A DNA stretch of 48,037 nucleotides from an uncultured Candidatus Saccharibacteria bacterium (GCA_964364285.1 CAYIKZ010000005.1:1-48037); one strand, 5' to 3'; counted from the stretch's first letter, positions 1 to 9,601 are shown. Program-made: numbers and translations. The notes: generated by a model from the letters alone, not told the origin.

Positions 1-8
1 CCGCTCCA
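1..8 (+). tRNA. possible 3' end of a tRNA (Gly-like ...CCGCTCCA), truncated by the window edge
   Basis: Window opens with CCGCTCCA, a typical tRNA-Gly 3' end, directly before a terminator. Only 8 nt are visible. Confidence 0.3.
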
Positions 9-42
9 AAAAAGAACCCCACTTTTTAGTGGGGTTCTTTTT
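9..42. terminator. bidirectional intrinsic terminator
   Basis: AAAAAGAACCCCACT-TTTT-AGTGGGGTTCTTTTT perfect inverted repeat at the end of nrnA. Confidence 0.85.
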
Positions 43-1006
43 ATTTCTCGTCTATTTTCCAACTGCCATCTTCTTGTTTGATTATCTTTCCTGGTATTTC
101 AAAACCTGATGCTAGTTTGTGTCCCCCGCCTCCGAAAAGATTTGCAAGGAAAGAAACATCCATGTTTTTGTTTTCTTCGCTTCTTAAGCTTCCTTTTACT
201 TGGTTGCCGTCTTGTCTAAGGAAGAGCGCGAATTTAATTCCCGGTATTTTGTTTAGTGTTTCAACGAATCCTTCAAAAGTATCATTTGATACTTCTCCAA
301 GTTGATCTAAGTCTTCTTGTGTTACAACGCTTATCGCAACCTTGTCATCATTTAGTAGTCTTGTGTTTTCAATTGCTTTAGCCCAGGCTTTTAGAGAGTT
401 TAAGTCTTTGCTTTGATATGTTGATTCATATATTTTGTCGATTCTTGCTCCATATTTCATTAACTCACCAGCAGCAATTAAGGTTGATGGCTGAGTATTG
501 GAGTGCATGAAAGAACCTGTGTCTGTAAACATTCCGGTTAAAAGACATTTTGCAATATCACTGTTGAATTTGATGTCTAGGTATTTAAAAAAATCGTAAA
601 CTAATTCTGCGACTGAAGATTTTTGCGCGTCTACTAAATTAACTGTTCCATACATTTGATTATCTGGGTGGTGGTCAATGTTTAGTATTGGTAGTGTTGA
701 GTTAATTATGGCATCGAAGCCAGCTCTTGTTTTTTTGCCACAGCCGAAAAGGATTACTCCGTCATAGAATTCGTTTGTTACTGGATTTGGGAGTTCTGAA
801 AGGATTAAGTTTTGTCTTGGAAGGAATTGGAGTCCTGAAGGAACTCCGCCATCTGCAACTAGTGTTGCTTGTTTGTTCATGGGTTCTAAGATAATGGACA
901 TTGCAAGCATTGAACCTCCATCATCTCCGTCTGTTCTTGCGTGAGATGCCATTAGGAAACGATTTTTGTCTGTTATGAATTTTTTTGCTTGTTCAAAGTT
1001 ATTCAT
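41..1006 (-). CDS. nrnA: DHH/DHHA1 phosphoesterase (NrnA-like oligoribonuclease/pAp phosphatase)
   Basis: Motifs HARTDGDD, IDHH, TDTGSF and GGGGHKLASG; lies downstream of rbfA; start moved to the ATG at 1006. Confidence 0.88.
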   Translation of the reverse strand: MNNFEQAKKFITDKNRFLMASHARTDGDDGGSMLAMSIILEPMNKQATLVADGGVPSGLQFLPRQNLILSELPNPVTNEFYDGVILFGCGKKTRAGFDAIINSTLPILNIDHHPDNQMYGTVNLVDAQKSSVAELVYDFFKYLDIKFNSDIAKCLLTGMFTDTGSFMHSNTQPSTLIAAGELMKYGARIDKIYESTYQSKDLNSLKAWAKAIENTRLLNDDKVAISVVTQEDLDQLGEVSNDTFEGFVETLNKIPGIKFALFLRQDGNQVKGSLRSEENKNMDVSFLANLFGGGGHKLASGFEIPGKIIKQEDGSWKIDEK

Positions 1007-1370
1007 TGGTTTCTTCTCTTTCTTTTTCAATCTCGTGGAAGATGTTGCTGATGTGTTCGGCGTATCTTGCGCTTGTGTCTAGATGAAATGATATTCTAGG
1101 GACAATCTTAGTTTCAACGTGTCTGTTTAGTTCACCTTGTATATCGTAAAGGTTTTTCTTTAGTAATTCTAATATATGTTTATCGTTTCCATTTACTATT
1201 GTGATCCATATTTTTGCCCAGCGCATATCTCTGGAAGTCTGAACTTTTGATATTGTGACTATGCTTTTGCTGTTTTTAAAGTAAGGTAAAAGTATTACTC
1301 CTAATAGCCTTTGGATTAAGGAGTTTATCTTTTCTATACGGTTAGTCTTTTTTTTGGGTGGGAATTGCAT
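999..1370 (-). CDS. rbfA: ribosome-binding factor A
   Basis: RIEKINSLIQ, VTISKVQTSRDMRWAKIWI, VPRISFHLD; follows infB. Confidence 0.88.
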   Translation of the reverse strand: MQFPPKKKTNRIEKINSLIQRLLGVILLPYFKNSKSIVTISKVQTSRDMRWAKIWITIVNGNDKHILELLKKNLYDIQGELNRHVETKIVPRISFHLDTSARYAEHISNIFHEIEKEREETNE

Positions 1371-1378
1371 GGGTTTTT

Positions 1379-1400
1379 AAAAGTCCTGCAAGCAGGACTT
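1379..1400 (-). terminator. hairpin or weak terminator between infB and rbfA
   Basis: AAGTCCTGC-AA-GCAGGACTT inverted repeat with a short U-run on the - strand. Confidence 0.5.
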
Positions 1401-3339
1401 ATTTATTAGAAATGAATTCTTTTGCTTTGAGTTTTTCTTCGAAGGACTCAATGACATCCCCTTCAACAATCTTTGTTCCGGAGAGTTTAACCTTCATGCC
1501 GAATTCATCCCCGCTGTTTACTTCTTTTGCGGCTGTTTTGCTTTGTTGTAACTCAAGGATTTCACCACGTCCTGCTTCTTCCCCGTTTCTTATGACTGCG
1601 ATTTCTCCGGATTTTTTAAGCATCCCTTGTTCAACACGGCCTCCAACAATCATGGTGTTTTTTTCTGTCATGAAGACTTTGAGAATCTTTGCTTTTCCAA
1701 ATGTTGTTTTTATTAATTCAGGAGAGAGCATTTTAACAACAGCAGTTGTTACGTTTTCAATTAATTCATAGATGATATCGTACATATCAATGGTTACTTT
1801 TTGTTGTTTTGCAAGACCAAGCGCTTTGCTGTTTGCTTTGGTGTTAAAACCAATGATTGTTGCTTTTGATGTTGATGCTAATGTAACGTCGTTTTCGTTT
1901 ATTTCCCCAGCTCCTTCTGCAATGACGTTTAGTGTTACTTCGTCGTTTTTAAGTTTGTCTAACGATTGTTTGATTGCTTCTAAAGAACCCAAGACATCTG
2001 TTTTTATAATCAGGTTTAAGGTTTTGCTTCCTGCTTCCACTTTTATTCTTTGGTTTTGAGTTATTCTTCTTACTCTTTCTTTTCTTTGAATTTGATAAGC
2101 AATTTGTTTTGCTTCCTCTAGTGTTTCTCTTGTTGAAAGAATGTCTCCGGTTTGAGGAACATCTGAAAGCCCTGAAATCTGAACAGGAGTTGAAGGTAAT
2201 ACTTCTTTGATCTTTTTGCCGTGCTCGTCTTCTAATGCCCTTACTCTTCCGAAAGTTCCACCAATTGTGACAATGTCCCCTATCTTTAGTTGTCCGTTTT
2301 GAATGATGACTGTTGCAACAGGGCCTTTTCCTTGTGAAAGGTGTGATTCAATAACTGTGCCCAGGGTTTTTCCATTTGGGTTTGCTCTGAAGTTTTCAAC
2401 TTCAGCGGTTAGCAAAACCATTTCTAAGAGTTCATCAATTCCTTGGCCTGTTTTTGCAGAGATTGGTACTGCGATTGTTTTACCACCCCAGTCTTCAGTT
2501 AAAACACCATGCTCAGCTAGCTCTTGTTTAGCTCGCATTATGTTTGCCCCCTCTTTATCAATCTTGTTGATAGCAACAATTAAAGGAGTGTTTGTGAATT
2601 TTGCTCTGTTTATGACTTCAATGGTTTGAGGTTTAACTCCGTCATCAGCCGCTATTACTAAGATGATGATATCTGTAACGTTTGCTCCTCTAGCACGCAT
2701 TTCTGAGAAGGCTTCGTGTCCTGGAGTATCTAGTATTGTTATTGGTTTGTTGTTCTTTTTAACTTGGTAGGCACCAATATGTTGTGTGATTGCTCCTGCT
2801 TCTCCTGCAACAACGTCTGTTTTTCTTATGTAGTCAATTAAAGAAGTTTTACCATGGTCAACGTGACCCATGATTGCGATAATTGGCGCTCTTGGTTTTA
2901 ATGACGCTTCGTCTTCTTTTTTTAACATGTCAGCAAGAGAACTTGCTCCTAGGTCAGCATCAGTTTGAGTTTTTTCTTCTTCAGGGTTGAATCCAAGTTC
3001 TTCCGCAACGATTGCAGCTGTGTCGTAATCTATCTCTTCATTGATGTTTGCCATGACTCCGTTTTTTAGTAGGGTTTTTATTACCTCTTGAACAGACAAA
3101 CCCAAAAGATCAACGTAGTCTTTTACTTTGATGAATGTCGGTAGTTTTATATCTTTCCTTACTTTTGGAGTTGTATCAACTATTTTTTGTTTTGGAAGTA
3201 GCGCATCTAAGATTTGTCGAGCTAAGTAGTTGTCTATTTTTCTTGCTCTTGGAGACAATCTAATACCTGCTTCGGCAACTTTTTGGCGAAGCTCTTTTTC
3301 TTTTAGATTTAGTTGTTGTGAGATTGAACTTAAATCCAT
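1399..3339 (-). CDS. infB: translation initiation factor IF-2 (short N-terminus)
   Basis: [16 protein letters not shown] and NKID GTPase motifs plus IF2 C-terminal domains. Confidence 0.97.
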   Translation of the reverse strand: MDLSSISQQLNLKEKELRQKVAEAGIRLSPRARKIDNYLARQILDALLPKQKIVDTTPKVRKDIKLPTFIKVKDYVDLLGLSVQEVIKTLLKNGVMANINEEIDYDTAAIVAEELGFNPEEEKTQTDADLGASSLADMLKKEDEASLKPRAPIIAIMGHVDHGKTSLIDYIRKTDVVAGEAGAITQHIGAYQVKKNNKPITILDTPGHEAFSEMRARGANVTDIIILVIAADDGVKPQTIEVINRAKFTNTPLIVAINKIDKEGANIMRAKQELAEHGVLTEDWGGKTIAVPISAKTGQGIDELLEMVLLTAEVENFRANPNGKTLGTVIESHLSQGKGPVATVIIQNGQLKIGDIVTIGGTFGRVRALEDEHGKKIKEVLPSTPVQISGLSDVPQTGDILSTRETLEEAKQIAYQIQRKERVRRITQNQRIKVEAGSKTLNLIIKTDVLGSLEAIKQSLDKLKNDEVTLNVIAEGAGEINENDVTLASTSKATIIGFNTKANSKALGLAKQQKVTIDMYDIIYELIENVTTAVVKMLSPELIKTTFGKAKILKVFMTEKNTMIVGGRVEQGMLKKSGEIAVIRNGEEAGRGEILELQQSKTAAKEVNSGDEFGMKVKLSGTKIVEGDVIESFEEKLKAKEFISNK

Positions 3340-3348
3340 AACTTGTGT

Positions 3349-3377
3349 AGTATACGGATTTTCTTAAGAAAAATCAA
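3349..3377 (-). promoter_or_regulatory. sigma70-type promoter of infB (near-leaderless)
   Basis: TTGATT-17nt-TATACT on the - strand; the -10 ends 9 nt before the ATG. Confidence 0.6.
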
Positions 3378-3471
3378 GTTCGCGATATTTAAAATGCTCT
3401 TTTGAAGGAGGATGAAAACTTTAGTATGTTCAGAAATTTTGTTCAAAAACAAAAGAGGATATTTTTGTATA

Positions 3472-4317
3472 TTAAAATGTTCTGTTTTTACCAACAATCA
3501 TTCTTAATTTTTGCGCAGTAATTGTAACTACTGATGGAATCCTTGCGACTTCATTTCCATCCACCGTTATTTTGTATCCTCTTGGTTCTAAGAATTCAAT
3601 CTGTTTGCAGCGGATTGCGGTTGCTCCTGGAATTTTTTCGTAGCATCCGCTTTCTATTTCTTGTTTGTATCTTGCTGCTGTAAATCTTGATAGTTTTTCT
3701 ATCATCACAATATCTAAATTACCATCTTGTGGGTTTCCGATTGGACCACCAGCGCACATTTCTGTTCCTCTTGTGTTTATAATTAGAGCTCCCATTATCT
3801 TTGAGCTTATGGTGTATGAATCATCTATGCGCATTTTTAAGTCTATAGTGCTTCCTGCGAACAGTCTCATTGAAGCCATGAATCCCATTGGTTTGTTTGT
3901 TTGTTCCCCTACTCCTAATTCAAGATAGCTCAGGAAGTAGCTGTCATTAATTTTTGCTAGGTCTAGTTTTTCTATACGTCTGCTGGCAATTGTTTTAACG
4001 CAGGTTTGAAGATCTGTCATTCCTAGGATTCTTCCTAGTTGCGTGTCTTTTGGAAAAGGAATGAAACCCAAAGTAAAATCACGATCCTTGGTTGCGACAA
4101 GCATCTGGCTAAATGTTTCATCTGTTCCGCAAGCAACAAGAGTCTTTACTCCTCGACTTGCCGCAGTATCAACTAAGTCTTGCATTAATCGCAGTGGAGT
4201 GATTCGAGCCATTTCACCACTGACATTGAATTCTGTTAGTAAGCTTTGTAGTTCAGCTTGTTGACGTTCAAAGTTTTTTTGCGGAATGTTATGTGGATCA
4301 AGAATGTAATAGTACAT
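3472..4317 (-). CDS. diacylglycerol kinase family protein (YegS/DAGK-like, degenerate)
   Basis: LVACGTDETF (GGDGT-like), LGFIP, NPQDGNLDIV, TVDGNE. Confidence 0.75.
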   Translation of the reverse strand: MYYYILDPHNIPQKNFERQQAELQSLLTEFNVSGEMARITPLRLMQDLVDTAASRGVKTLVACGTDETFSQMLVATKDRDFTLGFIPFPKDTQLGRILGMTDLQTCVKTIASRRIEKLDLAKINDSYFLSYLELGVGEQTNKPMGFMASMRLFAGSTIDLKMRIDDSYTISSKIMGALIINTRGTEMCAGGPIGNPQDGNLDIVMIEKLSRFTAARYKQEIESGCYEKIPGATAIRCKQIEFLEPRGYKITVDGNEVARIPSVVTITAQKLRMIVGKNRTF

Positions 4318-4332
4318 CTAGTTAACAGTCCT

Positions 4333-4722
4333 TTATTTTTTCTTTGTTGCGTTCTCCTCAATTGGTTCAATGATACCGCCGTTAGCGTCTTTCATTGTGC
4401 ATTTACCTGCAAAGTAAGCACCTTCTTCTACTTGTAGTGTTCCGCAGGACATATCTCCTACTAAACGACCGGTTTTACCTAATACCAAAGCTCCTGAAAC
4501 CTTAACGTTTCCTTGGACAACTCCTGATATTATTGCGTTTTCTGCTTCTACGTCAGCAGAAATTTTTGCGCTTTCTCCCACAAAAAGGTTCTGGGAAGTT
4601 TTTACTTTTCCAGTAACAGTTCCGTCGATTCTTAGGTTACCCTGGCTTTTTAAGTCTCCATCAATCTTTACTGATGGTCCGACTATGCTCTCTCCGTTTT
4701 GTAATCCTTCTTTTTTATCCAT
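4333..4722 (-). CDS. bactofilin (polymer-forming cytoskeletal protein)
   Basis: SIVGPSVKIDGDLKSQGNLRIDGTVTG ... LQVEEGAYFAGKCTM beta-helix pattern. Confidence 0.9.
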   Translation of the reverse strand: MDKKEGLQNGESIVGPSVKIDGDLKSQGNLRIDGTVTGKVKTSQNLFVGESAKISADVEAENAIISGVVQGNVKVSGALVLGKTGRLVGDMSCGTLQVEEGAYFAGKCTMKDANGGIIEPIEENATKKK

Positions 4723-4729
4723 ATGTTTT

Positions 4730-5197
4730 CTAGTTAATTATTTTGGATTCTTTAATTGCTTGTTCTTCTTCTTTTGTGAGTGTAAACTCACTTTTGCTTT
4801 TTATTATTGGTTTTGCGTAAATTCTGTTTGCTTCTCTACCGTGCATTGAAGTTATCACAACTCCATTGTTGTGATCATCAAGCAGTGCCATTGAAAAGCT
4901 TAGGTTGCCTCCGTCATCAGCAAAAGGGTTGTACCTTACCATTCCAATTTTTTGGATTGAGTATTTTTGCTGTTTACGTAAGTCAGCAATTGCTTCCTCT
5001 AGTATGTCACTTTGTTTTGTCAGCTCATTTATTTTCTTACTCTGAGCAATTATGAACTGCTCAAGGTTCGAAGCTTCTTTGCCTGTAAAAAAAGCTTTTG
5101 CAGTTTTTCTGAAACGCAAAAGCATAACAATAGCAAATATTGCTGCGATTAAACTTCCCCCAGCGACAATGAGGCTTACTAGCTCCAAATTATTCAT
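4730..5197 (-). CDS. DUF4446 family membrane-anchored protein
   Basis: N-terminal TM segment, coiled coil, then KIGMVRYNPF..GGNLSFSMALLD..NGVVITSMHGRE..RIYAKP; start moved to 5197. Confidence 0.8.
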   Translation of the reverse strand: MNNLELVSLIVAGGSLIAAIFAIVMLLRFRKTAKAFFTGKEASNLEQFIIAQSKKINELTKQSDILEEAIADLRKQQKYSIQKIGMVRYNPFADDGGNLSFSMALLDDHNNGVVITSMHGREANRIYAKPIIKSKSEFTLTKEEEQAIKESKIIN

Positions 5198-5266
5198 AGG
5201 CAAAGTCATAATACAATGAATATGCTCTTGCCGCAAACCCAGTCCCCCGTGCTATACTTTATGCAT

Positions 5267-5419
5267 ATGCAAGAACAAGAATACGAATTAATAAAAAAAG
5301 ATTTGTACAAAGTGTTGATTTTGAATGCTTTGTATTTAGGCGCTATTTTGGTTCTGTATTTTACAGACCAAAAAACTCATTATCTGCAAAACTGGTTTGC
5401 TAAAATTTTGCACTTCTAG
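5267..5419 (+). CDS. small single-pass membrane protein
   Basis: 50-aa ORF with one TM segment; -10 TATACT lies 8 nt upstream; 5 nt before the next gene. Confidence 0.6.
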   Translation: MQEQEYELIKKDLYKVLILNALYLGAILVLYFTDQKTHYLQNWFAKILHF

Positions 5420-5424
5420 TTTTT

Positions 5425-6687
5425 ATGGGAGTTGTAAAAGAAATTAAATGCCAGGATTGCGGGCCAGTACCAATTCATCATGGTCTTTCTAAGGCCATTT
5501 TGATTATTGACTGGTTTTCAACACCATTTAACAAGTTTTCAATTGGATTAACTCGTTTAATCTCAAAGGTTTTTAATGGTTTTGGGATTGATGATATTGG
5601 GTATATTTTTTGGTTGTTAAGTAAAGTTGGCTTAGCAAAGGTTAAGTATGAGCCGGATGATTTGAATTCTGACCGAGCAAGGTGTATTTGGGAGGCTGCA
5701 AACAAAAGAGGGATTAAGGTTAAAGAAATACGAGCTTTTGGAAGGACTTTAGAGCTTTTTGTTGCTGAATATGATGGTAAAAAGCTCCTTTTTGAAGCAT
5801 TACCAAGGCCAAAGGGTCCTCGTTCTAAAGGGTATTATTGGATGGACAACAAGGCAAAGATGAGAACTGAGTTTATGAAAGCTGGGATTCCAGTTGCTTT
5901 TGGAGATGTTGCTTTTACATTTAAAGGAGCAAAAAAAGTTTTAGACAGAGTTAAGTCTTTGCATAGCGAAGCGCTTGTTTCAGGAAAACCATCTGGCAGT
6001 GGTTTAGTTATTACTAAGCCACATATTGGTTCTAGAAGCAGACATACAAATATTCACTTATTAACTGATCAGGAATTAATGAGAGGATTTAAGATTGCAA
6101 AAAAACTCTCCCCTTTTGTTATTGTAGAGCAAGAGTTAAGTGGTATGGTTCATCGAGCGGCTGTTTTAGGAGGAAAGCTGGTTGCTGTTTTGCGTCGTGA
6201 ACCACCGTATGTAATTGGAGATGGAGTTAGAAATGTTAAAGAGTTGATTGAGGAAGAAAACAGGAATCCAAAAAGACAAGGTCCATATTTCCATCAAATT
6301 CCAATTGACGAACAAACAGAAGCAGAGCTTGCTCGTTTAGGTTTGTCTTATACAACCATCCCTGCTTCAGGAGATATGGTTATTGTTAGAAACAATATTG
6401 GTAGAAGTTCAGGTGGGTCTAATTCTGATGTTACTGATTTAGTGCATCCTGACAACAAAGTTTTGTTTGAAAAGGTTGCTGTGGTAATTGGAGACTCCAT
6501 CATTGGTATTGATTTCATAATCGAAGACATATCAAAGTCCTGGAAAGAACAATACCCTTGCGGAGTTATTGAATGTAACAGTGTGCCGTTTTTAGATTTG
6601 CATCACTTCCCTCTTCGTGGAAATGTTGTTGATACGTCTGGTGCTTTATGGGATATTGTTTGGCCAGAAGCTAAGGTTGTTCTTTAA
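5425..6687 (+). CDS. ATP-grasp ligase resembling the cyanophycin synthetase/GshAB ATP-grasp domain
   Basis: RREPPYVIGDGVRNVKELIEEEN..R, GIDFIIEDIS, VIECNSVP; no Mur-ligase domain. Confidence 0.8.
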   Translation: MGVVKEIKCQDCGPVPIHHGLSKAILIIDWFSTPFNKFSIGLTRLISKVFNGFGIDDIGYIFWLLSKVGLAKVKYEPDDLNSDRARCIWEAANKRGIKVKEIRAFGRTLELFVAEYDGKKLLFEALPRPKGPRSKGYYWMDNKAKMRTEFMKAGIPVAFGDVAFTFKGAKKVLDRVKSLHSEALVSGKPSGSGLVITKPHIGSRSRHTNIHLLTDQELMRGFKIAKKLSPFVIVEQELSGMVHRAAVLGGKLVAVLRREPPYVIGDGVRNVKELIEEENRNPKRQGPYFHQIPIDEQTEAELARLGLSYTTIPASGDMVIVRNNIGRSSGGSNSDVTDLVHPDNKVLFEKVAVVIGDSIIGIDFIIEDISKSWKEQYPCGVIECNSVPFLDLHHFPLRGNVVDTSGALWDIVWPEAKVVL

Positions 6688-7259
6688 TCGCTGAAACTTT
6701 TTTCAAAGGTTTCAGGATCAATGTATAGTTTTGTTTTTATACCCAGGTTTACAGCAACTTGGGTGTTTTCAATTTCATCATCCCAGAACTCAATGTTTTC
6801 TGGTTCTATGTTTAACTTTTTTATTATTTCTTCAAAGAATTCTTGCTCTGCTTTTACATATCCAAGATCACAAGAGAAAAACATTCCATCGAAATGACCT
6901 TGTAATACGTCTGTGATGTATTTTGCTCTGTATTTTTCTTGATCAGCGGTCAGATAGCATTTGAAGCCCTTTTTGCGTAAATGATCAATGATATCAAGGA
7001 TTTTTGTGTTTTTAATTACATCTGATGTAAACCAAAGGTTGAGGAAATCTTCGACAGTCCCATCCCATTTCCATTTCGGTAAGTATGGTTTTAATTGTTC
7101 TTTGAGATCAGCTTTCCCTGTTCGGCAGATTCTAAAATCATTGATGAAGAATTCTGTAATATTTTTTAAAGGCACTCCGTATTTTTCAGAGTACATTTCA
7201 CTGAAGTATTTTGGTCTTGTTATTACAAGACCGTCTGCGTCAATTAAAAGTGTTTTCAT
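6684..7259 (-). CDS. HAD-superfamily hydrolase
   Basis: LLIDADGLV motif I, SCDLGYVK, FWDD motif. Confidence 0.85.
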   Translation of the reverse strand: MKTLLIDADGLVITRPKYFSEMYSEKYGVPLKNITEFFINDFRICRTGKADLKEQLKPYLPKWKWDGTVEDFLNLWFTSDVIKNTKILDIIDHLRKKGFKCYLTADQEKYRAKYITDVLQGHFDGMFFSCDLGYVKAEQEFFEEIIKKLNIEPENIEFWDDEIENTQVAVNLGIKTKLYIDPETFEKSFSD

Positions 7260-7264
7260 ATATT

Positions 7265-7338
7265 TGGTGGACCTAGGCGGAATTGAACCGCCGTCTGAGC
7301 AATGCGAATGCCCTGTTCTACCACTGAACCATAGGCCC
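7265..7338 (-). tRNA. tRNA-Ala(CGC)
   Basis: GGGCCTA/TAGGTCC acceptor stem with G3:U70; anticodon arm GGGCA-TTCGCAT-TGCTC; GTTCAATTC T-arm; encoded CCA. Confidence 0.95.
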
Positions 7339-8624
7339 TAGTCTGAGGTTTGTCCTAGAATCATACCAATCAAAAGCCATAACAACAACTGGGTTTGTTG
7401 GAGTGTGTAGAAATAATGGTCAAAGAACATTAAGAAAATCATTGCTACGAACGCTGAAGTTAAAGCAATGCTGTATATTAATTGTTCGCCTTCTGTTTTT
7501 TCGATTTGATGCATCCCCTTTTTCAATATTGAGGCGAAAAGAACAGAGATTAGTATTAAACCAACAATTCCTGTTTCACATGCAACCTCAAGGAAGAAAT
7601 TATGCGGAGGTTGAACTTGCCATGACTCAGTGGAATTAAGCTGTTTGCTCATTTCCGGGATCATATTCCCTATTCCAACTCCAAAGATTGGATGTTCAGA
7701 GAAGATTTTTAATCCAGTTGTATTGTAAAGAGTTCTGTTGTACACAGTTGGCGCTGTATTTGTGCGAGCATTAAGGAATGGAAAAAGAATAACTATTGAT
7801 AAGATAGTTGTTGATAATATGGTGATTAGTAGTTTTTTGTATTCTAGTTTTGTTTTTTTAATTAGGAGAATAACGATTAGAGCAAGGGATATATATAGAG
7901 CGAGTAGGCCAGAGCGTGAAAACGTTAGGTAATTCCCTATCATCATTATTACTAGAGCAAATCCATAGAAAATCTTTTGTTTGTTTTTATTTTCTTGAAC
8001 AAACAAATATATGGCTGTTGCACATGTAACAATCAGGAAAGCAGACAACTGGTTTGGATGAGCAAAGGTTCCATAAGCTCTAATGAACTTTTCTCCATCA
8101 AGATCTATTTTCGCAACCCCGTCTATATATTTTCCTATTATCTGTTCTCCAAAGATCCTTAATCCAAGTGAGTGTTGCACGAGAAACTGACCAAGAGCTA
8201 TCAAGCTTTGGAACACCCCGGCTATTACTAAAGATATGCTGATGAAGCGTCTGTAGCTTGCTTCACGTGATACATTTAAGGCAAAAATGGCTAAGATAAG
8301 CCATTCTAGGGTTTTTATACCCCAATACCAGTCATTTACACCACGTGGTGAGATTATAAGCAGGGAAAAGAGGGTACTCAAGGCAATTAAGCCAAAAATC
8401 CAGTATTTATTGAAGTTTTTTGAAATTTTGCCAGTGAATATAGCCCAAAATAGGGCAATAACTAGGATGATATCTGATAAATACAGGGATATTACCAAAT
8501 ATTCAGAGAACTGTCCGTTTAATGTTGAAGAAAGATCAAAGAAAATATGCCTTTTTTGAAAGGGGAGTGTGAAAATCAGAAGAAATATCAGGGTTTTAAG
8601 GATTTTATCAGATGTTAGTTTCAT
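7338..8624 (-). CDS. O-antigen ligase (Wzy_C/WaaL) family membrane protein
   Basis: RAYGTFAHPNQL, LTFSRSG, HPIFGVGIGN, QPPHNFFL..ETGIVG; multiple TM segments. Confidence 0.88.
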   Translation of the reverse strand: MKLTSDKILKTLIFLLIFTLPFQKRHIFFDLSSTLNGQFSEYLVISLYLSDIILVIALFWAIFTGKISKNFNKYWIFGLIALSTLFSLLIISPRGVNDWYWGIKTLEWLILAIFALNVSREASYRRFISISLVIAGVFQSLIALGQFLVQHSLGLRIFGEQIIGKYIDGVAKIDLDGEKFIRAYGTFAHPNQLSAFLIVTCATAIYLFVQENKNKQKIFYGFALVIMMIGNYLTFSRSGLLALYISLALIVILLIKKTKLEYKKLLITILSTTILSIVILFPFLNARTNTAPTVYNRTLYNTTGLKIFSEHPIFGVGIGNMIPEMSKQLNSTESWQVQPPHNFFLEVACETGIVGLILISVLFASILKKGMHQIEKTEGEQLIYSIALTSAFVAMIFLMFFDHYFYTLQQTQLLLWLLIGMILGQTSD

Positions 8625-8632
8625 GTGTAACG
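7572..8632. repeat. cluster of five parS-like 16-bp palindromes (7572, 8016, 8173, 8259, 8617)
   Basis: TGTTTCACATGCAACC, TGTTGCACATGTAACA, TGTTGCACGAGAAACT, TGCTTCACGTGATACA and AGTTTCATGTGTAACG match TGTTTCACGTGAAACA at 13, 13, 13, 14 and 12 of 16 positions. Confidence 0.65.
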
Positions 8633-8768
8633 AAATACTTGATTTATTGGTGATTTTATTGTCTAATACTTGATTTATATATCAATCTATGTTCTTTTCA
8701 TAATTATATGTTAGCTAGACGCAATAACCAAATACAGATAATATACCTAGGTAAATAGCGCGTTTTTT

Positions 8769-8845
8769 GCCCTCGTAGCTCAGTGGATTAGAGCGGTTCC
8801 GTCCTAAGGAAAAGGCCGTAGGTTCGATTCCTACCGAGGGCACCA
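8769..8845 (+). tRNA. tRNA-Arg(CCT)
   Basis: GCCCTCG/CGAGGGC acceptor stem; anticodon loop GTCCTAA; GGTTCGATTCC T-arm; CCA. Confidence 0.93.
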
Positions 8846-8852
8846 TAATTTA

Positions 8853-8926
8853 GGGCCCATAGTTCAGTGGTAGAACGCGTCCATGGCATGGATGAGGTCG
8901 GAGTCCGATTCTCCGTGGGTCCACCA
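8853..8926 (+). tRNA. tRNA-Ala(GGC)
   Basis: GGGCCCA/TGGGTCC stem with G3:U70; CGTCC-ATGGCAT-GGATG anticodon arm; variant T-loop TCCGATT; CCA. Confidence 0.92.
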
Positions 8927-8942
8927 GAAGGAAAGAAAATAT

Positions 8943-9596
8943 ATGAAAATTTCAAAATTCTTACACTCATGTGTGTTAATTGAAGATAATGGAAAGGGGT
9001 TATTAATTGATCCTGGAACTTTCAGTTTTATAGAGAACAGAATAACGCCGGATATTTTTAAAAACATAAACGTGGTTGTTTTTACCCATGCGCATTCCGA
9101 CCATTTTGATAAAAGGATTTTAGAAGCAATTATAAAAAATAATGTCGAAGTAAAGATCGTTTCAAATAGCGATGTCTTAAATTTAATTAAGGGTTTTGCT
9201 AATACAATACTGTTGGAAGACAGGAAACAAAATGTTGAAGGATTTGAGATAGAAGGGTTTTTTGCAGAGCATGAAGATGTTGGATACCCATGTCCAAAAA
9301 ATACAGCCTATATTATCAATGGTTTAATTTTACATCCAGGCGATTCACTGAAACCAATAATTTTAGAGCATAAAACGAAAATTTTGGCGGTTCCTGTTGC
9401 GGGACCATGGCTTACAAGAGTTTATGCGATGAATTTTGTTGGTCAATTTAAACCTGGAATAATTTTTCCGATACATGATGCATATATAAAGGATTTTTTT
9501 ATTGAATTTGACTATGGAGCTTGGCAAAATGCTGTTACTAAACAGGGGATTGATTTTAAAGCCCTAAAAGAACCGGGAGAAAGTTTTGAAATTTAA
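8943..9596 (+). CDS. metallo-beta-lactamase fold hydrolase (UlaG/Lactamase_B_3-like)
   Basis: HSC, IDPG, THAHSDH, HPGDS and PIHD motifs; start moved to 8943 because the upstream ORF extension is the tRNA. Confidence 0.88.
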   Translation: MKISKFLHSCVLIEDNGKGLLIDPGTFSFIENRITPDIFKNINVVVFTHAHSDHFDKRILEAIIKNNVEVKIVSNSDVLNLIKGFANTILLEDRKQNVEGFEIEGFFAEHEDVGYPCPKNTAYIINGLILHPGDSLKPIILEHKTKILAVPVAGPWLTRVYAMNFVGQFKPGIIFPIHDAYIKDFFIEFDYGAWQNAVTKQGIDFKALKEPGESFEI

Positions 9597-9601
9597 ATTC
9601 T

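Noticed and set aside
8625-8768. oriC at the AT-rich point where gene orientation flips (contains AATACTTGATTTAT twice)
   Set aside because: No DnaA-box cluster or dnaA gene is present. The + strand looks G/T-rich to the left as well, which fits + being the leading strand throughout. Whole-genome cumulative skew is needed to decide.
8883-8942. N-terminal extensions in the ORF track for the MBL gene, rnhB (from 9606) and ftsH (from 26491)
   Set aside because: The extensions are read-through of tRNA genes; downstream ATGs give normal proteins.
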